Source: Callorhinchus milii (Eukaryota). From it: a stretch of DNA of 64,000 bases. A program made the translations under genes and the position numbers. Shown here piece by piece: positions 1-11,464 of the stretch (positions are counted from its first letter, which is position 1; the number at the start of each line of letters is the position of its first letter). The stretch spans positions 10,168,001-10,232,000 of the forward strand of contig NW_024704750.1 in NCBI RefSeq assembly GCF_018977255.1, written 5' to 3'. The notes below the pieces were generated by a model, which did not search any database, had not been told where the DNA came from, and worked only from the letters and a program-made list of their open reading frames with translations.

Positions 1-164
1 TTATCGGCCTTCATACCCTCAGTGATCGGTCCTCCAAACCTTCTCTCTATCCCCGGGACCTCTCTCTCTCTAACCCCCAGGTCTCTCTCCCAGGGTCTCC
101 CTGTGTCCAAGTCTCTCCCTACTCCCCCCCCACCCACCCCCGCCCCCGGGGCCTGTGTGTGTCT

Positions 165-265
165 CTCTCTCTCTCGCGCGCGCTCTCCAGGTTCAAACGG
201 CGGTTCCTCGCGAGCTCGAGTTCTCATTGGTCACTGACATTTCAAATCAAGGGCCTGACGTCACA
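165..265. promoter_or_regulatory. CpG-rich promoter-like segment, probably for a gene transcribed leftward out of the window
   Basis: Local CpG cluster (CGCGCGCG, GGCGG), palindrome CTCGCGAG 207-214, ATTGG (CCAAT box on - strand) 226-230, perfect CRE TGACGTCA 256-263, TTCAAA (CHR-like TTTGAA on - strand) at 192-197 and 241-246. Target gene not visible. Confidence 0.5.
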
Positions 266-267
266 AG

Positions 268-623
268 CCCCCCCCCGAGTCTCCTCCTCCCTCCCCCCCG
301 AGTCTCCTCCCCCTCCCCCCGAGTCTCCTCCCCCCTCCCCCCCGAGTCTCCTCCCCCCTCCCCCCCGAGTCTCCCCCCCTCCCCCCCGAGTCTCCCCCCC
401 TCCCCCCCGAGTCTCCTCCCCCCTCCCCCCCGAGTCTCCTCCCCCCTCCCCCCCGAGTCTCCTCCCCCCCCACCGAGTCTCCTCCCCCCTCCCCCCGAGT
501 CTCCTCCCCCTCCCCCCGAGTCTCCTCCCCCCTCCCCCCCGAGTCTCCTCCCCCGAGTCTCCTCCCCCTCCCCCCGAGTCTCCTCCCCCCTCCCCCCCGA
601 GTCTCCTCCCCCCCCACCGAGTC
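268..623. repeat. C-rich minisatellite, about 21-bp unit (CCCCCCCGAGTCTCCTCCCCCT), about 17 copies
   Basis: GAGTC core recurs 17 times separated by C-runs; this produces the Pro/Ser-rich and Gly-rich pseudo-ORFs in the track. Confidence 0.95.
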
Positions 624-975
624 GTGTGTATATCTCTCTGTCTGTCTGTATGTGTGTGTCTCTGTATGTATGTGTCTTTTTCTGTGTGTCTCTCTGTCTA
701 TGTATGTCTCTCTCTCTGTCTGTATGTATGTGTGTGTCTCTCTGTCTATGTATGTCTCTCTGTCTGTATGTATGTGTCTCTCTGTCTGTATGTATGTGTG
801 TGTCTCTCTGTCTCTCTGTATGTGTGTGTCTCTCTGTCTGTATGTATCTGTGTGTCTCTCTGTCTATGTATGTGTATCTCTCTGTATGTGTGTGTCTCTC
901 TCTGTCTATGTATGTGTGTGTCTCTGTCTGTATGTGTGCGTCTATGTCTCTGTAAATGTGTATCTCTGTGTCTCT
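624..975. repeat. Compound (TG)n/(TC)n/(TATG)n microsatellite
   Basis: Interleaved tgtg/tctc/tatg units seen directly. Confidence 0.95.
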
Positions 976-1954
976 GAGGCCGCGAGTCTCTCTCTGGGTC
1001 TGTGTGTGGTGGACCCTGAGCGGCAGGAGATGGTGAGCTCCTGTATCCCCTCAGTCAGGACACTGGTCCTGAGTGTCAGGTTTTTTTTGCAAGATCTCCA
1101 GGGCTGTGCTGGTGTCCCCTTCCCCCCAATGGCCCACCCGGTTTCTGTTAAGAAATTAATAAAAAGTGTTTTGCAACAATCCGATTGTTATTTCCTCAGG
1201 TTTAGATTTTATGAATAAAGTAAAAAAAAATGTAGGTTGGCAATAAAATGTACCTCAATAGCACCAACCGACCCTCCGCAAGATTCCCAAGTTTCCCTAC
1301 AATTTTAGGCAAACATTTCCGCACTTTTCTATTGGCCCAGCCAATGACCAATTTGATCTTGGGGATTGTTGGCACCTCGTTTCGAACAGTGCCATGGAAA
1401 TTGTTGACATCAACAACAAAATCCACCCGAACAGGCCGACAGCTTTGATTTAGTGTCTCATCAGAAGGATAATAATAAAACTTGCATTTGATACAGCGCC
1501 TTATCACATCGTTGAGATGTCTCAAAGCCTTCACAGACTATCCTGTGAAGTGAAGGATGGCACCTCCAACAATGCAGCAGCTCCCCCAGCACTGTTTGGG
1601 AGTGTCAGTCCAGACCAGTGTTTCTCTAATGCGGCCACCTGTGTGATTCTGTGTGACCACGTGAGCCTCCTGGCCCCCCACAGCAGGTGAGGTGTGCAGC
1701 TCCTATTAGCCAGCTTTAGCTTGTTCTACATCTATCGCCTACAGCACTGCTGGTTGGAGTGCTGTAGGCGATAGAACGAGCTTACAGTCACAGGTTTGTT
1801 CGTATAATCGTTCTTAACCACTAAGCCAATGTTGACAACTCTGGTCCCTCTTTCATGTAGACTGCAGCAATCTCAATTGCTGCAAGCTTATTTGAAAGCT
1901 AAGGTTGTGGCACAGCAATGTCATTGTTGTCTATGTTTGTGCAACACTGATGGT

Positions 1955-2276
1955 GGAGTCCTGTAGCTCAGTGGTTAGAGCACTCACTTCGCAAGCGAGA
2001 GACCTGAGTTCAATTCCAGGCAGAGGGCGAAAACTTGGGCAAGTTTCCTTACTCCACACGCCTAATAATAATCCCTCCAAAACAAAAACAATAATAAATT
2101 GGTCATTTTCAATCTACGACTGTTTGTGAGACATTGCTGTGTGCAATTGGCTGCCGCGTTTGCCCACAAATATACAGTCAATTCACTTTACAGTGTGTTC
2201 TGTGAAGCGCTTTGGGACGTCCTCCTGACGTGAAAAGCGCTGTATCAAATGCAAGGATTATTATTATTATTATTAT
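1955..2276 (+). mobile_element. tRNA-Ala-derived SINE, short young form, full length
   Basis: Head GGAGTCCTGTAGCTCAGTGGTTAGAGC (A box), GTTCAATTCC (B box), shared body, L2-like tail GGGACGTCCTCC..GTGAAAAGCGC..ATCAAATGCAAGG and (ATT)n end. Confidence 0.92.
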
Positions 2277-2379
2277 TTATTGTGCTGTACTTGTTACTGT
2301 CTGTGTAAGATTTTGTGGAAAAAAGTTTTTCTCAAATATGGTTTGTCAAATATACAGAAATGAATGAAAATGAATTGAG

Positions 2380-2423
<44 letters not shown>

Positions 2424-2727
2424 CCTTGCATTTGATATAGCGTTTTTCACGTCGGGAGGACGTCCCAAAGCGCTTCACAGAACACACTGTAAAGTGAATT
2501 GACTGTATATTTGTGGGCGAACGCGGCAGCCAATTGCGCACAGCAATGTCCCACAAACAGTCGTAGATTGAAAATGACCAATTTATTATTGTTTTGGGGT
2601 TTTTTGGAGGGATTATTATTAGGCGTGTGGAGTAAGGAAACTTGCCCAAGGTTTCGCCCTGCCTGGAATTGAACTCAGGTCTCTCGCTTGCAAAGCGAGT
2701 GCTCTAACCACTGAGCTACAGGACTCC
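2380..2727 (-). mobile_element. tRNA-Ala-derived SINE, short young form, full length
   Basis: Reverse complement of the 1955-2276 element with a long (AAT)n tail at 2380-2423. Confidence 0.92.
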
Positions 2728-3384
2728 ACAAATGTGCATGTGCATGTGTTTATCATTTCTTTATTTTTCATATGATTAACTAAGTATTTTTAGGGAAAAC
2801 TAGTACTGCGGCCACCAAAAATTGACCGAAAGCAATATAATGCTTCCCCACATATTCAATCTGGAAATCTCATGGCCCACAATTGTTCTTTCTATATAAT
2901 ACTGTAACATAAAAGTTGGTGATGTGTAAAGCTAAAAGGAAACACTGTATGCATAAATCTGGTGAACCGTAAAATGAGTCAGACAAATGTTATTTATTTT
3001 ATAGTTGATATATTTTACACATGTAATAATTTTCAGATGTCTTTATTATCCAACATCAAAACTGTTTAAACGTATCCCAATAATAAAATTCACTATTACT
3101 CTTGAACAGATGTGAAATATTATGAATATAACAATGTCAAAATACAGGCTGTGCTTTTGCAGTAATTTTATGTTGCGATAAACATTTGAATGGCCACTGC
3201 ACTAAGAGAAATAATTTAACAACATTTTGTGCGCATGTGTGTGGACTAAATATTAAAATCATTGGAGATGTTCTGGATTATGTATGCACATAAAATAATG
3301 ATCGGCCCCTTGCACAATTCTTCAAAATTATGCTCCCAAGGAGACGCTTTTCTCCAGTGTATTTCCCTTTGCATTGTCAGGGGA

Positions 3385-3550
3385 TAAAATTGTTTTAATT
3401 TCTGTTTGTGGGACATTGCTGTGCATAAATTGGCTGCTCCATTTTTCCACAAAGTACATACGCACTACATTTTACAGTAAATCTGTGAAACTCTTTGAGA
3501 TATCCTGTTGATATGAAATGCGCTATATATAATGGAAGGATTATTATTAT
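3385..3550 (+). mobile_element. Degenerate SINE 3' half
   Basis: CTGTTTGTGGGACATTGCTGTGCATAAATTGGCTGC through GCTATATATAATGGAAGGATTATT. Confidence 0.7.
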
Positions 3551-4149
3551 GATTGTTAGGTTCTATTTTTTGCTCAATATTTTTTTCCGGAGTTGAGGCA
3601 GAGAAAATATCGAAAAATGCACAGTAAGCTGATCAGCATTTGAAAGAGAAAGACAGGTTAACATTTCTGCCATGAAGCTTCATTAGAAAACATAAGGTCA
3701 CCTTAATATATGTAATATAGCTGGAAAATAATAAGGAAAATTCCAATAATCTTTTATACTGTATTGATTTAAATATGTTCACCTTCTGTTGTATTAATAT
3801 ATCATTTGAATCATTTTCTTTTGTAATAAACAAATTCCTCAGACTCAGTCTTTTGGATGTATTTAAGCAAAAATGTACAAAAATAAACTTGTCAGTTGAA
3901 ACTGCTAGTGTCAACAATTAGTTAAGCACTAGAGTGCCCTCTCATGTTCAGAGAGGTCCCTAGCAGGAGTATTTTCTTTCCTGGGTTTTCAAAAGTTGAC
4001 AGATGGACATTTTGTACATATGTTTTGATCATTGTTCAAAGACAGTCAGAACTGAGATCAGGAAGAATTTCAAAAGGTTGTGAATATCTGGAGTGCTCTG
4101 CCCCAGGAAGCCTTTAGGCATCTTGAGACATTTGAGACATTTGGTGTGA

Positions 4150-4385
4150 TGGGCAAGTTTCCTTACTCCACACACCTAATAATAATCCTTCCAAAACCAA
4201 AAACAATAATAAATTGGTCATTTTCAATTTACGACTGTTTGTGGGACATTGCTGTGCGCAATTGGCTGCCGCGTTCGCCCACAAATATACAGTCAATTCA
4301 CTTTACAGTGTGTTCTGTGAAGCGCATTGGGACGTCCTCCCGACGTGAAAAGCGCTATATCAAATGCAAGGATTATTATTATTAT
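4150..4385 (+). mobile_element. Short-form SINE, 5'-truncated, preceded by a small CR1-like fragment (about 4040-4110)
   Basis: Starts at TGGGCAAGTTTCCTTACTCCAC, then near-identical body and tail. Confidence 0.85.
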
Positions 4386-5061
4386 AAGGTGCTTTGACAA
4401 TGCAAGTTTGTTTTTCCGAGGTATGCCACTGTGATTCCAAATACATTTCTGAGGGTTGAAGTAAATATTTAAAGTTTTGTATTAAGGGATAGGAATTAAA
4501 TGCCAACCAAGTATTTGCACACAGCAATGTTCCATAAACTGGCCATGAAATGAATGACCAAATTTATCAAGGGAATTGTTGGTCAGGATACCAGGAAGAT
4601 ATTAAGTACTACAGTAACACAAATAACAGATAAATATATTGACTTTGTATTTATTTGTATTTATTTATTTGTATTGTATTTATTTGGATGAGTTTACACG
4701 AACATTTTAAGAACATATTAGTTTTGTAATATTTAACCCAAGAATTGGAATTTATTTAAGGAAACACTTTAGATTTACCTTAATAAATTGTTAATTTGTT
4801 GTCAGTTGTTACTGGTCTCACGTAGTCTATTACTGTTAATGCAGGATGGGATTCAAAACATTTTACTGCAGTAACATCTGTAAATAAATAAATAAAATTG
4901 ACTTGTTTCACAAGAATGAAATAAACAATGCCATGGTAATGTCAAACAATCCTGGAAAAAAAGATAAAATAATTCACTCATATCTATACGAAAAGTACTT
5001 AACAATTCATGATTACCTATTCATTTCTTAGGTTGGATAAGAACTGATAACTTATTGGATA

Positions 5062-5405
5062 AGAGCACTCACCTCACAAACGAGAGACCTGGGTTCGATT
5101 CCAGGCAGGGCGAAACATTGGGCAAGTTTCCTTCCTCCACAAGCCTCTGTTTACCTATAGTAAGTAGGAACCTGGTTGTTAAGTCGATTAGCGGAACACT
5201 TTTCTGGGGGTAATAATTCCTTAAAAAAAAACTGGTCACTCAATCCATGACTGCTTATGGGACACTGCTGTGTGCAGTTGGCTGCTGCATTTCGCCCACA
5301 AAATATACAGTCATATCACTTTACAGTGTATCCTGTGAAGTGCTTTGAGACATCTCGAAGACGTGCTAAGGCGCTATATCAAATGGAAGAATTATTATTA
5401 TTATT
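5062..5405 (+). mobile_element. tRNA-derived SINE, long form
   Basis: B box GGTTCGATTCC, internal CCTCTGTTTACCTA..GTAAGTAGGAACC..GTTAAGTCGATT segment, shared tail. Confidence 0.85.
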
Positions 5406-8400
5406 AGTTTAACTGTCAGGAGAAACGCCTTATGAATTTGATTCAATGGTGAATGGAAACTGAGAAACCTTTGTAGAAATTATACTCAGTAACAACAGGC
5501 AGGTCTCAGATAGCCAAGTGCATGCTTCAGCAACTGTAGCTCGACAAGCGATGGTTAACTGAAATGCAAAGGCATAAACGTTCTTTGCTGGGATTCAATG
5601 CAGATTTTTGCTTTGATGTAATGTTGAGGGTATTGCTGCAAACCTAGAAATACACTTCACACAGAGAATATGTTTTTGTCATTTTTTTAAATTGTCACTT
5701 CCTGATTATATTTTTTTCTGAAGAGTCCCAATTATGTTCAATTCCATAATGCCTTTCCATTCTTTTTTTAAAAGAAAAACAATCCGTCAGCCCCTAGTAC
5801 TTATTATAGTAATATACACAGCACTTTAATGCACAAGTACCGAATGCTTTATCATAAATAAAACATTGGAATGTTTTTNCCTGTAATATTTTTNATCTTT
5901 TTAATAGCTATAGTCCTCTAACCTCCCCCATTGCTGTATCACCCAGAATCTGATTCGTTCAACTGAGTCAATTTTAAAAATGAAAACATAAATCTGAAGG
6001 GGTTTTGTTGCAGCACAACCTTTTTTTGAAAAGAATGACACAAAGAACTAAAAGGTAGTTGACTTCACAAGTGTCCAATCCCCCTCAAAACCACTGAAAA
6101 TCAGACAGAAGAAATCGTGATATTATCATTAAAATCCCAATTGAAAGGCTGCTTTGAGCTATTCCTCACCCACACAGAAATTAATGAAGCATCTCCTACA
6201 CACCTCGTGACATAACATTGGGATGGTTAAGAAAAACATAAAGTGCCACATGGTGCGCACAGTGGAGCATTCCCCCCCCACCCCACCTCCGGATTCCTAT
6301 AGGATTGCAGATAGAAACAGTGATATAGTCTGGGTGAGGTTTTAAAAATGACAATATGTCTTTATGTTCTACTTTGAACCTCCGTGACTGTTTAATCTTT
6401 GCATCTCTTCACTGGTAAATCACTATTTGATTTGGATTCTCCTATATTTTCCTGGAAACCATAGTTTTAGGAAAGCGATGAAAAATAAAATGCTGCATTA
6501 TCTTAACAATTTTCTTAAAATATCAATCCAGACACCATATTGAAGACTTGCTGAAAAGTTCAAGAATAGTATAATAATCCTTATATTGGTACATCTTCTG
6601 GAACATTGAAACATCTTAACAAATGAATGCTATCATGAAGTGAATGACCAATTTAGCTGACCGAGAGAAACGCCCTTCTCCTTTTCAATAGTGTCATGGG
6701 ATTTTTAACACCCATCTAAACAAGCAGACAGGACTTTGGTTTAATGTCTAATCTGAAGGATGATGACAATGGTAACTTTCTATTTTGTATTGCATCCTTC
6801 CTTACTCCAACATGTGAAAGCAATGTCACATGATTTTCTTTTAAATTGACTTGACCTACAGTCCTCCTGTTTTTTTTATACGCAAAACTCAGTGCATTTG
6901 TTTCAAATTAATGTAGATAGCTAAGGATTTTGTATCAGCTATTTTGTATCAAAAGTATTTTGAAATGGTAGACTGTAGAAAAAGGTTATTTGTGTCCTTT
7001 TACAAAATATAGTTAAATTGGTTACTGAATCTGTAACTAAAAGTAATGAAAGGTTACATTTTGCCCACAAAATATACAGTCAATTCTCTTTACAGAATAT
7101 CTCTTTACAGTATATTCTCTGAAGCGCTTTAAGACGCTTTAAGTCTCAACGACGTGATAAGGCGCTATATCAAATGCAAGGATTACTATTACATTTATAA
7201 TTTAATGTCATTTAGAACAGGCTCGATGGGGTGAGTGACCTCATCCTTTCTGTTCCTATGGTTTTATTGTCAAAGGGGAAATTCACAAAGCAAAACACGA
7301 TTGTTGACGTTTCACTTGCTGATTATTTTCTTGCTAATTATTATGGAATTTCAACATTTCTGTTCTTGTTTCAGTTTTTTGTTTTCTTTTTAGATGCAAA
7401 TAATACATTGGATTTATCCCTGATAATTTTTTACTTACCTGTATAAAGGATATTTACATATAACTGCAACCAAATATGACGATCTCTTTGCATCAAATCA
7501 TTCTAATGCCTACCTTGACTTTGATATTCCACGGTTGTCAATGCCTTGGTTCTTTTGCTGTTTATAAATATCAGATTTGTACCTGCTTATTTGAGGAAAA
7601 TCTTAAATAAAACTTCAGTTTTATTCTTGTTCTCGTGGAATCTACATGTGCAGACATTTGCTAGAATTTTACAAAATTCCATCAAGCGCCACTAAACACA
7701 GTAAATTGACAGCCCACAGATTTTATACCAATCTTCCCAGTTTTGCATTGTGCTTTATGCATTACTTCTTCTTTTGGGTGAGTCCCTCTATTGGTCAGTG
7801 GATTAACCATTTTGATTCAGCTATAAATTTTTCACTAATAGTTCCTTAATTATTCTCACTCAGTACAATAACCCTCTAAGTCTCAACCTCTTCTAACTGT
7901 ATCTACCCTTTCATTGATGTTATTTGCCAAAGGTCCAAAGATAAGTTTTCATCAACTTCTGATATTCTTTGTGTCCATGTAGCAGTCATATAGGTAAAGA
8001 GATATATGCTGTGAAGTGAATGAATGTGGCATTTGTTGTATGTGTGGCCTGTGTCTGATCACCATAGCACAGCTTTTCGGATTCAAAACAAGGTATATAC
8101 AACAACAGCTTGCGTTTATAATAGCTACTTCATGCGAGTAGCATCTCAGAGCTTTTAAAGCATTTAAAATATATAAGCCTCAAGACAGAGTAATACAAGT
8201 AAGTAATAATTAACCTTAGCTATTGATTTATATTACAGTATATACACCTTAACTTGTTCTATTCATTTTATTTTTTTCCCACTTGGTCCGACAAATCCAC
8301 CTTACCCTACCACACCATTCAATCCCTTCTCTCTCCAGGAATGCATCTACTGCACTTAGCACTTAGTCTCCATCTACACTATTCATTTAAACAGGCTCCA

Positions 8401-8660
8401 ATAGTAATGTATTCTACAAGTTTTAACATGAGTTTCTTGCTATTTTAGATGCAGTTAAAGGCAAACAATTTCTCTACATCACATCAGCTCTGATAATCCC
8501 CATTATGATCTTGAAACCTTCATTAAAGTCACTTTGAATTAAGTTTTTGTATTTTAAGCTTTTTTAACCAATTTAACAAAAACCTAGAGTACAATTAAAC
8601 CGATTGGATTTCCAACATCCAGAGATCTCTTTAAAATAAATTATATAATAAATTAATTGT

Positions 8661-9043
8661 GGAGTGTCCTGTAGTGTATTGATTAGAGCACTCACCTTGC
8701 AAGTGAGAGGACCTGGGTTCGATTCCCGGGCAGGGTGAAACGTTAGGCAAATTTTCTTATTCCACACAGCTCTGTTTACCTAGCAGTAGATAGGAACCCG
8801 GTTGTTAGTCGATCAGTGGATCACTTTTCCGGGGGTAAAAATCCCTTTAAAAAAATTAAAAATTATAATTTGGTCACTGAATCCACGACTGTTTATGGAA
8901 CACTGCTGTGTGCAAATGGCTGCCGCATTTGGCCACAAAATATGAAGTCAATTCACTTTACAGTATATTCTATGAAGTTCTTTGAGACGTCTTGAAGACT
9001 TGATAAGGCACTATATCAAGTGCAAGGAATATTTATTATTATT
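8661..9043 (+). mobile_element. tRNA-derived SINE, long form
   Basis: Head, about 65-bp internal segment and tail all present. Confidence 0.87.
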
Positions 9044-9734
9044 AATAGCATTTTGCAATGTCGTACTTTGATATTTGGATAACCAAAACGTTTTACATTT
9101 GGATCAGAAATTGCACTTAAAAGAAGTTTAAAGGAAATACCTAGGTCACAGTTATATTCAGATGAGATGAGTTAACAAGTGCTGGCAATTATTTACCTTC
9201 TTCTGATTGAATGGGTTGGGAGAGTCGCTGACAGTGCAGATTGTATGTAGTTGTTGGAAGTTGAATGTATTTTACTCGTTTTACATTCTTTCTCTCAACG
9301 TAACATCCAAAATCCAGTATCTCCCTTATAATAAAGGCGGGTTTCAGCAGTTTTGCAGAAGCTCAGACGTGCTGTTATTGGTATGGTGGTATACTCATAG
9401 AGGAACATATCATTTTCAAATTAGCTTGGTACTAAATAAAAGATTGAAACTAGGATATGTATGAGTGAAATGCAAGTATTTTCAACTGCACTAAATTTGA
9501 GTTTTTCCAACATTTCAGACCAGTGAAGTTCCATGCCAGCAGCATTTGCAAAATTTGTGACATAATGAGATACAAAACATTTCCTAGGTTATGCTGCAGC
9601 TTGAACAGAAACCATTGGTGCACCAATATAGGAAAAGTACATAAAAGTATCGGAAACACAGTGTAGCTGCAGTCTGCTAGCTGCTGCTTCAGTGGCTTAT
9701 TTTAAACACACCCAGTTATATAAACCTTCCATTG

Positions 9735-9808
9735 CACCTGTGGTAAATGGCAGAGACCACTGGGCTTTGTAACTTCCTGCTGATAATAAATGAATCATTT
9801 AACAGCTG
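9735..9808. promoter_or_regulatory. Candidate haematopoietic/lymphoid enhancer or promoter motif cluster
   Basis: CACCTG 9735-9740, TGTGGT 9739-9744, CTTTGT 9765-9770, ACTTCCTG 9772-9779, TGATAA 9781-9786, TGAATCA 9791-9797, CAGCTG 9803-9808 in repeat-free DNA. Function is inferred. Confidence 0.35.
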
Positions 9809-10501
9809 CACTATTTAGAAGAAAGTGTTGCTTAGTTCATTCTTCTTTCTGAAGAGGGGAGGGTTTTTTTTACAAAGTGAAAGAAGAATTGTCTGAATAA
9901 GGTCGTCACTGCTCACTACAAGGGCTGACAGTCAAAATTGCTTGTTTTTTCTCCTTCACAAGGTTGTTCCAATTTTAAAACTTCTTTTTATATAAAAAAG
10001 GAACAGACTGAGCTCCTAATAAGATCAGTTTTGCCAACGAGAAGGTTGATATGAGCAGAGAAAAATAAATCTTATTAGAAAATGTCTTAAGAATGGCCTT
10101 TGCAGCACCACCAACTTGTTAAGCAAGAAAGTCAAGAAAGTTTGGTAACAGTTTGGAAAATTTGAAAGACTGAGGTTGAAAGGGCAATGATCTATGAAAA
10201 CAAAACTAACACTGAATAGATGTTCCCTAAAACCAATGATTAAGAGCTAGACAGAACGAGACTGTGCTGCAGGCAGAGTAGAGAAGTAACAGAGAGGAAC
10301 TTTACAGTTTCATTGGCTTGTGAGCCACAGGTTTTAAACCACGAGTGTTCAGCCTGACCACAGGCCGAGCACCTGACTAGTATTATGCTGCAAGAATTCA
10401 TACTTAGAAGAGCTAAGAGACTAAGAGCGGTAAGAAACTTTTCGATTTTGTTCTATTTTATTCAAGTCTGACTATGTCCTGTCTTCTTCTTGCTTTGAAA
10501 C

Positions 10502-10641
10502 ATGTATTGGCATGAATCGTGTTACCCGCTTCTGTTGCTAGGCACCAGAGTTGCCGGTTATCTAACTTCAAACAGTGATGTGAATGCGTTCTGCAGTGGT
10601 TTAAGCAAGTTCAAGGATGTGTTTGTGAAGGCCATAAAAAG
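10502..10641 (+). CDS. Candidate first coding exon of RASGRP1 (MYWHESCYPLLLLGTRVAGYLTSNSDVNAFCSGLSKFKDVFVKAIK-R)
   Basis: ATG with A at -3 and an in-frame TGA just upstream, 46 open codons plus 2 nt, donor AAG|GTAAAT. Phase 2 matches the phase-2 acceptor at 36737. No recognised homology. Confidence 0.35.
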
Positions 10642-11464
10642 GTAAATTATAAAATGAATTGAATAACAAACATTGCTTTACTTCCTAGAGCAACGGGGCA
10701 TAATGTAGCTGAAATGTTTAAAGCTTTGTTACAGAAATAAATAGTTTCTATGAAGTACTGTTGTGGAATCGGTTGTTGCCCTTAAACTATGCTATAACAA
10801 TTCCTAGAAATACAAAGGAAAATGCAGGAGAGCGGTGGAATTTTTTTTGCTTATAAATATATTTAAAATGTTGACTTCCCTTTTCACAAAATTCCAATAA
10901 TAGTAAAACTTGATCATTTGAAATTCAATGGAAAGGGCAGGGGATGCTTTGAAGGGAAAACACATTCAGGTCAGAAGCCAAAGATTTAAATTTGCCAAGG
11001 AAAACTCCTTGGTAAATTTTGGTTCATGTTTTAGGTTTCAATCTGGATGTTTACAGGAGTAAAGTGACCCAGAGGGAACAAAACCCATCTTATTCATTTG
11101 GTTACGCAAGTTCTACCAGGTAGCCCCCCCCCCCCCCCCGCCGGTAGCTACTCAGCACTTTGAGAGTGGCATAGCAGCCTCTGTATTATCACACCACGCT
11201 ACATGTATTATCACACCAAGCTACATGCAATGGGAATGTGAAAGGGCACACAGGCTGAATCCTACCTCAAGGCAAGAAACACTCCTGTGCTTGTCAGTAC
11301 TCATATTCCCATTATTTTTGATGACAGCAGGTTGCAACTCTGATCAAGCCACACCTAGAAAATTGCATACAGTTCTGGTTGCCAAAACATAAGGGCATTG
11401 CCTCACCCTATAAATAGTACAAAGGACAGCAGGTAGGAGGATTGGCACTGTTGGAACTATAAAT

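Noticed and set aside
268-623. CRISPR-like regular repeat
   Set aside because: No unique spacers or cas genes, and the context is eukaryotic; it is a simple VNTR.
22-1218. Long Pro/Ser-rich, Gly-rich and Cys/Val-rich ORFs (266, 272, 118 and 188 aa)
   Set aside because: Translations of the minisatellite and microsatellite, open in several frames only because the repeats lack stop codons.
1331-1352. Triple CCAAT box cluster
   Set aside because: Lies at the edge of a decayed - strand Deu-SINE remnant (about 1340-1610), whose consensus contains CAGCCAAT and GACCAAT.
1955-2025. tRNA-Ala gene calls at SINE heads
   Set aside because: No proper acceptor stem or terminator, and each continues into the SINE body; these are tRNA-derived promoters, not tRNA genes.
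2332-2649. Recurrent ORF MGKFPYST..WDIAVRNWLPRSPTNIQ..KCKDYYYY (also at 4080, 18952, 23514)
   Set aside because: Incidental frame within the non-coding SINE. It starts at a TTG or chance codon and varies by frameshift between copies.
5879-5894. Ambiguous bases (n at 5879, 5894 and 44411)
   Set aside because: Assembly uncertainty next to T homopolymers, not biology.
11182-11227. 22-bp tandem duplication TGTATTATCACACCA.GCTACA (and a similar short direct repeat at 58880-58917)
   Set aside because: Ordinary slippage duplications with no other supporting structure.
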